64,000 nucleotides of DNA from an uncultured Candidatus Rokubacteria bacterium. GTDB lineage: Bacteria; Methylomirabilota; Methylomirabilia; Rokubacteriales; CSP1-6. The number at the start of each line of letters is the position of its first letter. The stretch's first letter is position 1. Both the position numbers and the translations under genes were made by a program. The stretch lies in the NCBI GenBank assembly GCA_963747235.1, contig CAVVEU010000020.1, positions 133,685-197,684 on the forward strand, in the 5' to 3' direction. The notes under the pieces are model-generated. The model was given only the letters and a program-made list of their open reading frames with translations. It ran no database searches and was not told the origin of the DNA. This document shows positions 63,362 through 64,000 of this stretch, one piece after another.

Positions 63362-64000
63362 TCAGAAGGGCGTGCCAGCCGCAAGGGAAGGGGCCTTGAA
63401 GCTCCAGACCTCATCGCCCACGACGACCAGGGTCACGTCGTGGCGGCGGTCATAGAAGACCTTGAAGCTCATCCCGTAGTACGGGGGCGCGGGCTCGGTG
63501 ATGACCTCCCGGTATGACCCGCGGGCCAGGTCCACGAGAAAGGTCCGGCTCTTTCCTGACTCGTTGTCGAACCCTCCGCCCGGATCGTCGGGCCACAAAC
63601 CCACGAGGGCGTTGGCGGATGAATCGTAGTCCCAGGAGCCATAGACGTCCCCCGGGGGCCGATTCTTGACCTGAAGGTTGGTCCAGCGCTTGCCCTTCAG
63701 ATCGAAGGCCCAGACGTTCGGTCCTCGATCCCAGGAGATCAGGAGGACCCGCTCCCGCCTGCTGTCGTACGCGCTCCGGAGCGTGTACCCGTCGGGAGAA
63801 TTGCCACGGAACCCTTTGAACTGCTGAAAGGTTTGCTTCTCTGGATCGTAGAACGTGACCGGCACATTGTCTCCGGAGAATCCGATGACCCGGCCGAGCG
63901 AAGGTACGTAGCAGATATGTCCGAGGCCCAGATCGGGGCCCCGTGGGACCGGCGTCCACGCCCGGCCGGCCGGGTCGTACTGCCACCAGCTCTCCGGGGC
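63362..64000 (-). CDS. Hypothetical Kelch/beta-propeller-like protein, C-terminal part (runs off window end)
   Basis: Repeated W/F-x-Y/F-D-(P/L) and aromatic-YD strands (WWQYDP, TFYDP, AYDS, WAFDL, WDYDS, FYDR); frame open to the window edge. Confidence 0.6.
   Translation of the reverse strand, partial: APESWWQYDPAGRAWTPVPRGPDLGLGHICYVPSLGRVIGFSGDNVPVTFYDPEKQTFQQFKGFRGNSPDGYTLRSAYDSRRERVLLISWDRGPNVWAFDLKGKRWTNLQVKNRPPGDVYGSWDYDSSANALVGLWPDDPGGGFDNESGKSRTFLVDLARGSYREVITEPAPPYYGMSFKVFYDRRHDVTLVVVGDEVWSFKAPSLAAGTPF

Overview
A 64 kb, very GC-rich, densely coding bacterial chromosomal window of mostly housekeeping and catabolic genes. Gene content and style would fit Ca. Rokubacteria/Methylomirabilota, but that is an impression, not established. 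Most genes longer than about 0.7 kb carry one to several 1-nt indels, including clearly useful enzymes (transketolase, MetH, IlvD, MqnE). I read these as long-read consensus errors and stitched genes across frames, so some boundaries are approximate. Contents in order: a first TldD/TldE pair with split transketolase; an ABC-2 exporter; a polyprenyl-phosphate-sugar (GT2 plus GT-C) envelope modification cluster; tcuA and a REC-HD-GYP gene separated by a 26-bp inverted-repeat element; a second tldD-tldE-tatD-hydrolase-peptidase operon; a TPP-riboswitch-controlled thiS-thiG-thiE-thiO operon continuing into an M20 amidohydrolase; mutY-SDR-mutT; a racemase/oxidase/TAXI-TRAP cluster; def, queG and metH; an acyl-CoA ligase, orphan Mo-hydroxylase and hydantoinase cluster; ilvD; and a futalosine (menaquinone) locus. 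The best leads are: (1) a perfect 20-bp TetR-type operator on the mqnEAC promoter, with a cognate-looking tetR lying beyond an antisense mqnD (possible noncontiguous operon); (2) many apparently leaderless promoters; (3) a candidate thiamine-salvage amidohydrolase; (4) ThiS without a terminal Gly-Gly; (5) two apparent ATC start codons. No rRNA, tRNA, CRISPR array, prophage or transposase was seen.
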